From Pseudomonadota bacterium (GTDB lineage Bacteria > Bdellovibrionota > FAC87 > UBA2466): a stretch of DNA of 17,516 nucleotides. Below the pieces are notes generated by a model. That model saw nothing but the letters and a program-made list of their open reading frames with translations. It was not told where the DNA came from and did no database searches. Location of the stretch: positions 1 to 17,516 of the forward strand of contig JAYSWN010000226.1 in assembly GCA_043718025.1 (NCBI GenBank), in the 5' to 3' direction. Shown here in pieces: positions 6,983-15,469 of this stretch. Within the stretch, counting starts at the first letter, position 1. Every line of letters starts with the position of its first letter. The translations under genes and the position numbers were made by a program.

Positions 6983-8485
6983 TTACCGACGGAAGAATCC
7001 ATTCCAGTAAGCGCTCCAGTTAACCGGGTTGAGTCGATCCCACATTCGATTCCACCAGCTATCGTATTTGAATAGGCCACTCACCTCGAGCTCGCGAATT
7101 GCTTTTCGCGACTGGTTCATCGTGTTGAGGTCGTCGTGGGCCAAGATCACTTGGCCCGGCGAGCTCAACAGATCCACCGTCACTTTAACGTTGTCGTTGG
7201 GCTCTACCGACATATCGACGCGGGTGACCCCGGGCAAACTCTTCAGTTCTTCTAGACCAGGAATGCCTAAAATTCTTCCCGTTCGGTGTGAAATCAGCTG
7301 AATCATCCAGGCGTGCTTCCGTTTCTTGATACGCGGAGTTTCAGCCTGCCGCTTTAAGAATTTTTCGGGTTCAAAGTAGGCTTCGTAAAGAATCTCAATG
7401 GGATTCACTCCCGTAGCCTCTTCCACCGCCAGGTGAGAGGCACCACCAATTAAACGGGCGCCCACTTCCACCAGCACCGGACCACGATCGGTCATCATGA
7501 TCTCCATGTGGGAAGCTCCGTTTTGCATTCCCAAGGCGTTTAGCACCTCTTCGGCATAGATAATTAAATCACCCGCAATGCCGCAGTCGGGATCAAGTAA
7601 CTCATCAATATCGTAAATGTTGCTTAAGCCTCCCCCAGGTCGCCTGGCGAGCGTTTTGTGGTACTGCCAAACGTCGGTCACAATGCGTTTCCCATTGAGG
7701 CTAATCATGTCCACAACGTATTCGGTGGCCGGAATAACCGCCCACTTGCCATCGACCCAATGGAAGCCTTTTTTCAGATACTCTTGGGCCAGCATGGTCT
7801 CGTTGACGGTGCCCAAGAAGCTTTTTTTGCCAACGGAAGCGGCGAGCGCTTTTTCCACTTGCTCGTAGTCTTCGCAGATAAACAGGCCGTCGGTGGCGGC
7901 GCTTTCGGACGGTTTAAGCACTACTGGCCACTGCGCTTCATTTTCCTCTAAGTGCCACACTTTGAAATCGTCGATAGTTTTGACTTCGCGTTGGCGAATG
8001 CCCGGGATTCCGTTTGGGTACCCTTGTGATTTGAAGCGCTTAATCACCTCCTGCATTAGGAATTTATTGCGCCGGGCTTTGCTTAAAGTCGTGCCATTCG
8101 TGACCAGGCCCATTTTTTCGCTGAGTGCATCGGCCAGTTCTACTCCCATTTCGGAGCCCGGTAGCACCACCGTCACTCCCAACTCAATGAGCTGTCGGGC
8201 AATAGCATCTAAATCGGCCGAGTAGTCGATCTGGGCGATGTAGTCTTCGGGCTTCAGTCGGTAACCGTGGGGAAGTCCTTCTTTTGGCATCACGTGAACG
8301 GCTTCTACGAGGCCTAGCCTTTTAAAAAAGGGAGGAATGGCACTACCCGAAGAGACACCGGCTACGATCGCTACGCGAAGTTTTTTTGCTAATCGCGATG
8401 AGCAAAGCAGGGGATTGGTTTCGGCACCGGACCACGAATTTAAAAATAAAAAGGCTACGAAAAAGATTTGTCTCAATTCACTCAC
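6983..8485 (-). CDS. ATP-grasp amide ligase (L-amino-acid ligase / NikS-DdaF-like) with an N-terminal signal-peptide-like extension
   Basis: Motifs PGSEMGVELAD, RRNKFLMQE, WPVVLKPSESAATDG, QEYL...EYVVD, GASHMEI and LVEVGARLIGG, plus a C-terminal LAL-like domain. The start is uncertain (GTG 8515, GTG 8485 or TTG 8476). Confidence 0.85.
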   Translation of the reverse strand: MSELRQIFFVAFLFLNSWSGAETNPLLCSSRLAKKLRVAIVAGVSSGSAIPPFFKRLGLVEAVHVMPKEGLPHGYRLKPEDYIAQIDYSADLDAIARQLIELGVTVVLPGSEMGVELADALSEKMGLVTNGTTLSKARRNKFLMQEVIKRFKSQGYPNGIPGIRQREVKTIDDFKVWHLEENEAQWPVVLKPSESAATDGLFICEDYEQVEKALAASVGKKSFLGTVNETMLAQEYLKKGFHWVDGKWAVIPATEYVVDMISLNGKRIVTDVWQYHKTLARRPGGGLSNIYDIDELLDPDCGIAGDLIIYAEEVLNALGMQNGASHMEIMMTDRGPVLVEVGARLIGGASHLAVEEATGVNPIEILYEAYFEPEKFLKRQAETPRIKKRKHAWMIQLISHRTGRILGIPGLEELKSLPGVTRVDMSVEPNDNVKVTVDLLSSPGQVILAHDDLNTMNQSRKAIRELEVSGLFKYDSWWNRMWDRLNPVNWSAYWNGFFRR

Positions 8486-8712
8486 CCAGCCAAAACCCAG
8501 CGCGACGCGGCGCACTGATCACACGTAACAAAATTAAAAATAATGCACAAACGGTATTTGGCCCGTTCAGAATTTTTTTTCAAAAATTTGCAGTCGGCTG
8601 GATTGCGAGACTTACTCGCGGCGAAGCGACTGAGGGATTGTTCGAATAACGCAGTGAGCAGAGCTTGCCAGCCTGGTGGCCGTTTTGAGTGCTCATTTTA
8701 TTGGGCGTTCTC

Positions 8713-8720
8713 GCCGATAA
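8713..8720 (+). promoter_or_regulatory. Possible sigma28 (FliA) -10 element
   Basis: Exact GCCGATAA 8 nt upstream of the likely GTG start of the cyclase-PilZ gene. The -35 match (TCAT at 8693) is weak. Confidence 0.4.
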
Positions 8721-8728
8721 AAGGTTCA

Positions 8729-11113
8729 GTGGATACCGAACCAAAAATTGAAGCAAGTGAGAAGTCGCCAGTCTACCGTTGGTACTACGCGCCTGACCTC
8801 TCGGTTTCGGCCGCCGTAATCGTCACCCTGGTAATTACCGCCGCCTTGATCGGATTGCGGGCCAGCCGCTGGGGAGCTACCCTTCATCGAGAGTGGATTC
8901 GCCCTCTAAATTACTCGATTCGAACTTTGGTAAAGCGTGACCCCGTTCTTGACCCACGCATTCAAATTTTTGCCTTCGACGCCGCCACCTTCTCGCTAGT
9001 GAAGGAGAATGACCTGGCTCCGGCGGATTGGGCGAGAACTCTTCAAGGGTTGGTTCCTGAGCAGCCTAGGGCCGTGCTGATCGATTCTGATTTTTCCGAA
9101 ATGAAGAACGCGCCGGGCTTGGATGCCCTGGCCAAGACCCTTAAGGGGCTACCTTTTCCGGTGATTGCCGGTTTAACCCCGGTTGAGCCGGGCTTAGGCG
9201 ACAAGGAATTATATTTCGAACCGACGGCAAACTCGCATCAGATTGTGGAGCTGCTCAGAAACGGAAAGCCAGGTTTCCCCGATCAGTTCGATTCCATTTC
9301 CGATTTGCCGCAGCGGGCGCAGAAGCTAGTGGGCCCCCCGTCGCAAATTCGCGATGCCTTTTCGTTTTTAGGACTGCTCGAGGTCTCCGCGGAAGGCAGT
9401 TTGCCTTTACTCTTTCGCGCCGATCGTGAGCATGTGATTCCGGCGGCGTCGTTGTTTGTGGCAAAAAAGCGCGGTTTGGCCGACGGCCGACTTGTGGTCG
9501 AAGACAAGGGTATTTCCTCGCGTGGCGACTTCGAGCAACTGATTAATTGGAATTTGTCTTCGGTTTACGAGGCTCGCATCCGTTCCCTGGGTGATCTGGC
9601 TAAGCGCATTCGCAACCGCGAACCACTCGAATTACCGCAGAACGCCGTGATCGTAATTCTGCCTCGCCTCTTTCCTGGGCACGATCGATACCTTGCGACA
9701 CCGGTGGGCCGGTTGCCTCGCGGCATGGCTCACGTAGCTACGATTAACAGCCTGCTGGGCGCCGAATGGATGTCGGTGCTTCCCTTCGCCTTTTTGGCCG
9801 TGATTTTTTGTTCCTTACTGGGTGGAGTCGCCGGCTATTTATTACCGGCGATTGCCTTTTATCCCTCTTTGGTCGGCGTTACGGCTTGGATTGCGGCGCT
9901 CGGAATTTGGGCGTTTACGCAAAAGAACTTGGAAGCACCTTGGGCATGGGCCGCATTTGGATTTGTGACCGTGGCGTTGCCCATATACCGCTGGCGTCGC
10001 ACCAACGGCATTGAACGCCGAGCGATGTTGCGCGAGGCCCTTAATGGCGTTTTGCCGGCAAGCAGAGTGAACTCGGTGGTTTCGGGGCAATCTAGTTTTA
10101 CGCCTGAGCCCGTGGGCAGCGTAGTTTCAATGATGTTCATTGATATCGCGGGATTTGCGGCCGCCGCCGAACTTTTGACTCCCGACCGAACCTTTGGCGC
10201 CCTCCGGCAAACAATGCGCTGGTTAACCGATACGGTTCACAATTACGGCGGAATTGTGGCCAACTTAACCGGTGAGGGCATGCTCGCCTTTTTTGGTTAT
10301 CCTTGCGATGGCACCAAGCCGCTGGCGCAGCATGCTGACCAGGCCCTCTCTTGCGCCATTGCCATTCAGAAGGAGAGCCTCCGCCAAAGCGTTGAGTGTC
10401 GTAAGCTCAACGAACCAGTTTTCCCCCTGCGCATCGGCATTAACACCGGCGCCGCTTACATTGGTGACTTAGCCGCCCGCGACCGAATTGATCTCACCCT
10501 CATTGGCGGGGCGGTGAGCCACGCTAAACAGCTTGAAGTCTCTTGCGACCCCTATTGCATTCTTATCGGCGCCACTTCACGCGACATGTTGGTGAAGCTG
10601 GATTCTACCGAGCTCACTTTGAAACGCCGTTATGTTTCGGTAAAGCACAGCAGCGAGCTAATGGAAGCTTACGAGTGCGATCCGGTTCAGGATCAGCCTG
10701 ACTTGCGTAACCAAGCGATTGCGGCCCACCGTGATTTTATTAAGGTGGCCCGTAAAGAGATGCGCTGGAGTTTGCCGCACGGTTTTACGGTTTCGGTCAC
10801 CGGCAACCAAGGCACTGGCTCACTTTCGAATTTCTCGGAAAGCGGCCTGGCGGTTAAATTTGATCGGTTCTTGGGCGTCGGCGTAACGATGAATTTGAAC
10901 TTAGATATTGAGAACGGCCAGTTACGGGACCGCTTAGGCCAGCAGGGTTTATTGCCCTTAGTCTGTGAAGTGCGTTGGGGCCGTGCCTTAGGCGGCGGGC
11001 GCTACTTGCTTGGCCTGCAGATTCGCAATTTAAGCCGTGAACAGCGCGAACTTTTACTTTCGGAACTCCGCGGCGCATTTATCGATGCCATGCCGAACGC
11101 CGTTGCGGCATAA
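8729..11113 (+). CDS. CHASE2 / transmembrane / degenerate class III nucleotide cyclase / PilZ protein
   Basis: N-terminal TM helix, then CHASE2 features (PRAVLIDSDFSE, TPVGRLPRGMAHVATINSLL) and 3 TM helices. The cyclase fold follows (MMFIDIAGF, LRIGINTG, DLTLIG), then PilZ motifs RKEMR and NFSESG. The start is placed at GTG 8729 (AAGG upstream) rather than 8543. Confidence 0.85.
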   Translation: MDTEPKIEASEKSPVYRWYYAPDLSVSAAVIVTLVITAALIGLRASRWGATLHREWIRPLNYSIRTLVKRDPVLDPRIQIFAFDAATFSLVKENDLAPADWARTLQGLVPEQPRAVLIDSDFSEMKNAPGLDALAKTLKGLPFPVIAGLTPVEPGLGDKELYFEPTANSHQIVELLRNGKPGFPDQFDSISDLPQRAQKLVGPPSQIRDAFSFLGLLEVSAEGSLPLLFRADREHVIPAASLFVAKKRGLADGRLVVEDKGISSRGDFEQLINWNLSSVYEARIRSLGDLAKRIRNREPLELPQNAVIVILPRLFPGHDRYLATPVGRLPRGMAHVATINSLLGAEWMSVLPFAFLAVIFCSLLGGVAGYLLPAIAFYPSLVGVTAWIAALGIWAFTQKNLEAPWAWAAFGFVTVALPIYRWRRTNGIERRAMLREALNGVLPASRVNSVVSGQSSFTPEPVGSVVSMMFIDIAGFAAAAELLTPDRTFGALRQTMRWLTDTVHNYGGIVANLTGEGMLAFFGYPCDGTKPLAQHADQALSCAIAIQKESLRQSVECRKLNEPVFPLRIGINTGAAYIGDLAARDRIDLTLIGGAVSHAKQLEVSCDPYCILIGATSRDMLVKLDSTELTLKRRYVSVKHSSELMEAYECDPVQDQPDLRNQAIAAHRDFIKVARKEMRWSLPHGFTVSVTGNQGTGSLSNFSESGLAVKFDRFLGVGVTMNLNLDIENGQLRDRLGQQGLLPLVCEVRWGRALGGGRYLLGLQIRNLSREQRELLLSELRGAFIDAMPNAVAA

Positions 11114-11120
11114 TCATGGC

Positions 11121-11603
11121 ATGAATCGATTTTTCCATTCTTTCTGCCTCCCTCTTTTGCTTTTACTCCCCCTCTTGGTAACCAGCGGTTGCGCCGAAAA
11201 AACGGTGTGGGTTTCTACCGATGGCATGTTGTCTTTAGAGCGCGACGAAATTCGTGAACTGCACGAGGCGTTTAAAACCAACACCGAGAAAACTATCGTT
11301 CTTGAAAAACAGAAACAAGAAGTCGAGTGCGATGGGAGTGCTTGTCCGGTTACGGTTGAAGCCAGCGCCAAATACCGTCGTAAAGACAGTTCGACTATAG
11401 ATAAGAAAGTGGAAGCAAAACTTGTTTTTGGCCGTGAAGACGCCAAGAAGATTTTAGAGTTGCTAGAAAAAGCGCGCTACGAGCAAAAAGAGTTGCAGCT
11501 TAGCGGTAAGCATGGGGCCGTGCGTTGCGAGCAATCACGGTGTCGCATCACTTTTTCGCTAGCGCGTGAGCTGCGCGGCTATTTGAACGAAACCTTGCCT
11601 TAA
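11121..11603 (+). CDS. Lipoprotein of unknown function
   Basis: ATG 7 nt after the cyclase gene stop, then MNRFFHSFCLPLLLLLPLLVTSG-C (lipobox-like). Two CxxxxC pairs. Confidence 0.75.
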   Translation: MNRFFHSFCLPLLLLLPLLVTSGCAEKTVWVSTDGMLSLERDEIRELHEAFKTNTEKTIVLEKQKQEVECDGSACPVTVEASAKYRRKDSSTIDKKVEAKLVFGREDAKKILELLEKARYEQKELQLSGKHGAVRCEQSRCRITFSLARELRGYLNETLP

Positions 11604-11717
11604 CTTGACCTCACCCAAAACCTCCCCAAGCTGTAATCAAGCGATGTCACGAAGCGCCTTGGCCCGACGTATGTTCAGCATAAGGCAGCGTTAAAAAAAT
11701 CACCTTCGGAGGTCATC

Positions 11718-11969
11718 ATGTCACTCGCCATACCCTCGTCTCGTAGTGCTGGTCGTAATGCTGGCAAAAACACCGGCCGTTCACCCCGTCTCCCAGTTTA
11801 CCGGGCCCGTCGGGGAAGGACGAAACCCAAAAACCGGCCCTGCAATTTGTGTCAGCGTGAATTTTTAGCGCATTCGCCATTTCAGCGCTTTTGTTCCCAT
11901 TGCCGCGAAGCAAGCGAGCTACTTCATTACTATGAGTCTATGCCGTATCTGGCCGAGCATCGCGCATAA
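11718..11969 (+). CDS. Small basic Zn-ribbon protein (CxxC...CxxC)
   Basis: Strong RBS GGAGGT at 11708-11713, an Arg/Lys-rich N-terminus, then RPCNLCQREF...QRFCSHC. The 3' end overlaps the mscS 3' end by 32 nt. Confidence 0.7.
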   Translation: MSLAIPSSRSAGRNAGKNTGRSPRLPVYRARRGRTKPKNRPCNLCQREFLAHSPFQRFCSHCREASELLHYYESMPYLAEHRA

Positions 11970-13029
11970 TAACCACTTCGCGCGACGGCACGGCAAACTC
12001 AATTTGTTCGGCGTGGAAGCTCTCCACTATGCCCATTAGGATTCGTTCGGTAGTTTCAATGCCTTGATCGGGTGAGGCGATGTGGTACCAGCAAATTAAT
12101 TCGTAGAGTAGGGAAGCCTCACCCAGTCGAATTAAGTTAATTCTTTCAAAACGCATGGCCGACTCTTTTTCGACCATCGCTTTACAAAGAGAGGCAATTT
12201 TTTTCAGCTGACTCGGGGGAGTGTTGTATTTTACCGAGAGCGGAATGGCGATTCTACGCTCCCTCATCCGTTTCAAATTTCGCACTCGGCTTTGCAACAG
12301 ATTGGCGTTAGGAAAGACCAGTTGTTCGCCCGTCTCACTGCGCAGGCGGGTGGTTTTTATTCCGATCGATTCAATCGTGCCCTTAAAATTGTCTACCTGA
12401 ATATTGTCGCCAATCACAAAAGGCTTATCGAGCACAATGGTGATCGATGCGAAGATATCACCCAGAATCGATTGCAGCGCTAGAGTAACGGCAATGCCGC
12501 CTACGCCCAATCCAGCGATAAGCGGCGTCACGTTGATCCCCAGGCTATCTAAAGCCCAGATCACCAGCGTTACAAAAAACAGAATTCTTGCCCCTACGGC
12601 GATGGCTTTTAGCGTGGTGCGTTTGGCGCCATCTTCGGCCATCACCTTTTGCGAGTACTCCTCCAGCCAAAAATCAATGAGTAACGAGCCCCACTTCCAA
12701 AACTGAATCAACAGAACGAAAATCGCCAGATGGTCCAATCGAGTGCGCGGTCTATCGGCGATCTCCAAATGCCAGCAAGAAAAGTAGACCGCCACGAGGA
12801 TCAAAAACGAAGAACGCGTCGATTGAATCAGAACGGCCGACGCCCTGATCGCTAACAGCGATTTTATTCTGGGATCAGAGCAAAACCGGTGAGCCAGAAA
12901 CCACTTTAGGAAGCGCAGCAGAGTGTACAAAATGGCGGCGGTTCCCAGCGATAAAAGCCAGCTTTTGACCGAGTTTCTAAGAAAGATTTGGTCCAGGATG
13001 TCTAAATTGAGTTCGGCGATTAAATTCAT
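11938..13029 (-). CDS. mscS: Small-conductance mechanosensitive channel, MscS family
   Basis: LIAGLGVGGIAVTLALQSILGDIFASITIVLDKPFVIGD, GTIESIGIKTTRLRSETGEQLVFPN and a C-terminal IEFAVP. Confidence 0.93.
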   Translation of the reverse strand: MNLIAELNLDILDQIFLRNSVKSWLLSLGTAAILYTLLRFLKWFLAHRFCSDPRIKSLLAIRASAVLIQSTRSSFLILVAVYFSCWHLEIADRPRTRLDHLAIFVLLIQFWKWGSLLIDFWLEEYSQKVMAEDGAKRTTLKAIAVGARILFFVTLVIWALDSLGINVTPLIAGLGVGGIAVTLALQSILGDIFASITIVLDKPFVIGDNIQVDNFKGTIESIGIKTTRLRSETGEQLVFPNANLLQSRVRNLKRMRERRIAIPLSVKYNTPPSQLKKIASLCKAMVEKESAMRFERINLIRLGEASLLYELICWYHIASPDQGIETTERILMGIVESFHAEQIEFAVPSREVVIMRDARPDTA

Positions 13030-13165
13030 TTTTTTCAGCTCTTTATGGGCGAATCAGAAATATGCCATGGCTCATTCCAAATGGGGAGCCTGCTGTTTGT
13101 GGCTTCTATTTAAAGGGCAAAATATGGTATCTCAACAGACCGGTAAAAACTTTTAGGAGAATGCA

Positions 13166-13738
13166 TTGAAAACGCTTGGATTTGCTTTGGTTTTAGTACT
13201 TGCGGCCTGTTCTTCAGGGATACGCACGGTTGATCAGTCATTAGTTGAGGCGCTGCCCGTGGCTCAGCAGCAAAAAATTTCGCGCATTGGCTTAGCCCGC
13301 GAGGATGCGCTCGAACAGAAGGCAAAGGCCGAAGCCGGGCAAAAGCGGGCGAGTCTCGCCCTTAATGGCGCTGAAGAGGATTACCAAAATTCCAAAAAGG
13401 CGTTGAAGCTTGCCCAGGCTCAAGTGGATGCGGCGGAAGCGCGCCAAGACTTGCAGGAAGCCAATGTTCGTCTCGCCAAGGAACAGACCGAAGCGGCAGA
13501 GCAGAATTTGAAGCTCTCGGCCATTAACTTTGAATTGGAAAAAGCAAAAGCCGTTCAGGCCAGCGGAAAAAAATCTCCGGCCGAAATCGGTCTGCTCCAA
13601 TTCGAACAAGAGTCTTACGAAGCACAAAAGAAGCTTACCGAAACCAATTTGCGTGCGGTGAAATATCAAGAGACGGTTTCAAAGCTAGAAAAAAAATTGG
13701 CGGAAAAAGCCGAACGCGTTCAAAGCTTGCGTGACTGA
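13166..13738 (+). CDS. Coiled-coil lipoprotein
   Basis: RBS AGGAG, TTG start, lipobox LAA-C, and an Ala/Glu/Lys/Gln-rich helical body. Confidence 0.85.
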   Translation: MKTLGFALVLVLAACSSGIRTVDQSLVEALPVAQQQKISRIGLAREDALEQKAKAEAGQKRASLALNGAEEDYQNSKKALKLAQAQVDAAEARQDLQEANVRLAKEQTEAAEQNLKLSAINFELEKAKAVQASGKKSPAEIGLLQFEQESYEAQKKLTETNLRAVKYQETVSKLEKKLAEKAERVQSLRD

Positions 13739-13744
13739 GTACCG

Positions 13745-14614
13745 ATGGCGTGTCGGGTGAGCTTCCCAAAGCGAATCATCTTCATCGTAGTGTTGGCAGC
13801 CATCTCTGCGCCGGCCGAGGGCATGAAGAGATGGCCCTGGTGGCCTTGCCGCCAGGCCTTGTTGGGCGACCATCTGGTCTATCTTCCCCGGTACGTGCCG
13901 CCGACGGTCGAAGTGCTTGCCGCCCCGTTGACCGACATTATTAAATACCAGCACGGAGTGACCGCCACCCTAACGTCCCGCAACATCGATCAAATTCTGC
14001 GGCTCCAGCGCCAGGGCGTTGTGGATTGGGGGGCCGTCGACTTGATGGCTATGCGTCGAGGGGCCGCTACGATTAGGGTTACGCGGAAGGGGGGCCGTGA
14101 TGAGAACTTTTCCCGCGAAAACCGCTCCCTTGATTTTTATCGGCGGGTTTTTTTTCCGAGCACAATCCTGAACGCCGCAGCGCTGGAAGGGAAACGGGTC
14201 TTTGATGCCGGCTGCGGATCGCAAGGTACCGCGGTTCGCCAAATGCGCGACGAAGGCATTATGGCCTTTGGCGGCGACATCTACCTCGATGAAACGGTGC
14301 GGGAAAGCCCGCACCTCGCAATGCTCGACCTACTGGCGCCACCCCTGGCCGCTAATCAGTTTGATCTGGTGCTCGCCGCATACGGTCCAGTTAGCTACTC
14401 TGATGAAGTGGAAGTCTCGGTGCGACAGGCGATTCTCAAACAAATGTTTCGCCTGGCGCGTCCGCACGGGGGAGTGCTTATTTCTCCCTACCATCTCGAA
14501 GACGTCCAACAGATGGTGCAGGCTTTAAGGTTGAGCGCGACGGTTGAAGAGGTAAGCCAAGCTGCCGATGACGGGCGACTGACCCAGGCCGTATTGGTGC
14601 GGAAAAAGAAATAG
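13745..14614 (+). CDS. Class I SAM-dependent methyltransferase domain protein with an N-terminal signal peptide
   Basis: Motif I VFDAGCGSQG, AFGGDI, QFDLVLA and RLARPHGGVLI. The N-terminus KRIIFIVVLAAISAPAEG looks like a Sec signal. The start is ATG 13745 or GTG 13757. Confidence 0.8.
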   Translation: MACRVSFPKRIIFIVVLAAISAPAEGMKRWPWWPCRQALLGDHLVYLPRYVPPTVEVLAAPLTDIIKYQHGVTATLTSRNIDQILRLQRQGVVDWGAVDLMAMRRGAATIRVTRKGGRDENFSRENRSLDFYRRVFFPSTILNAAALEGKRVFDAGCGSQGTAVRQMRDEGIMAFGGDIYLDETVRESPHLAMLDLLAPPLAANQFDLVLAAYGPVSYSDEVEVSVRQAILKQMFRLARPHGGVLISPYHLEDVQQMVQALRLSATVEEVSQAADDGRLTQAVLVRKKK

Positions 14615-14748
14615 TGGTTCTGCGATCGTTTCCCAAGGCTCCGCCCCTCGCTGAGTGGGCACCTCGACAATTAACTCTGCTCACTGTGGTCTAAGCTCGT
14701 GCACTGATTGCCCATGAAGTTCTTCGCGGGTGTGTTAGGTTTACCGCC

Positions 14749-15414
14749 ATGACCAAGGCTCAGGCCATTAAGCATATTGACCGCTACGGCATGCTGCTCA
14801 CTTACCCGCTGCACAATGAAAAAGAGCCGGCTTCGTTATGGAGCTGTTTCTATCCCCAATCAAAAATGAAGTGGGAGTGGGATAGTGGTGGCGACGATCG
14901 CGTGGCCCAGCTGTGGCGCCTGCGCGAAGAGCTATCGCGATCAGGCCGGGTGGTTTACGCAAAATGGTTTCGCGGGCGAGCCACTTTTTTTTCACGTGAA
15001 ATTTTTACCGCCGCCTTAGTTTCGCTTTGGTTTGCGCATCGTGCAGAAACCACTTTGCTGCCACGCACCTCACAGGAGCAATTGTCGGCACTGGAAATGA
15101 ACTCTCCCTTGTCGACCAAAGAGCTGAAATTGGAAACCGATCTGCGTGGCAAAGATAACGAACGTGATTATGAAAAGGGGTTGCGGCCACTTTGGGAGCG
15201 TGGGCTAATCGTGGGCTTCGGAGAAAAAGAGGACGGAGCTTTTCCGTCTTTGATGATGGGGGCAACGTCTTTGTTGTTCGAAGATCTCTGGACCGACGCC
15301 CAAGGGCTTTCTCTCCAGGCGGCCAATGCCAAATTGAAAAGCAAGCTTGGCGAAACCAATCCCTTTTATCTCCACTACCAAAAATTGCAGAAGAAAATTG
15401 CGCAAACGCCATGA
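14749..15414 (+). CDS. AlkZ/YcaQ-related winged-helix protein (possible DNA-repair or DNA-binding role)
   Basis: LWRLREEL...VVYAKWFRGRATFFS followed by a wHTH-like segment (SPLSTKELKLET...YEKGLRPLWERGLIV). The family is assigned from recalled motifs only. Confidence 0.55.
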   Translation: MTKAQAIKHIDRYGMLLTYPLHNEKEPASLWSCFYPQSKMKWEWDSGGDDRVAQLWRLREELSRSGRVVYAKWFRGRATFFSREIFTAALVSLWFAHRAETTLLPRTSQEQLSALEMNSPLSTKELKLETDLRGKDNERDYEKGLRPLWERGLIVGFGEKEDGAFPSLMMGATSLLFEDLWTDAQGLSLQAANAKLKSKLGETNPFYLHYQKLQKKIAQTP

Positions 15415-15469
15415 CCAGCCCTTCTAACCAACCCCGGCTTACGCTCGCCATTGCTAGTGCCGAGAAGGG

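Noticed and set aside
3951..8515. Pro-rich protein plus ATP-grasp enzyme as a graspetide RiPP system
   Set aside because: The ligase looks like the L-amino-acid-ligase type rather than RimK/MvdD-like. The genes are not adjacent, and no graspetide leader or core motif is evident.
8543..8728. N-terminal 62 codons of the 856-aa ORF
   Set aside because: AT-rich, promoter-like sequence in the divergent intergenic region. GTG 8729 has an RBS-like AAGG and directly precedes the plausible protein.
11657..11675. Sigma54-like TTGGCCCGACGTATGT upstream of the Zn-ribbon gene
   Set aside because: The -12 element is GT rather than the conserved GC.
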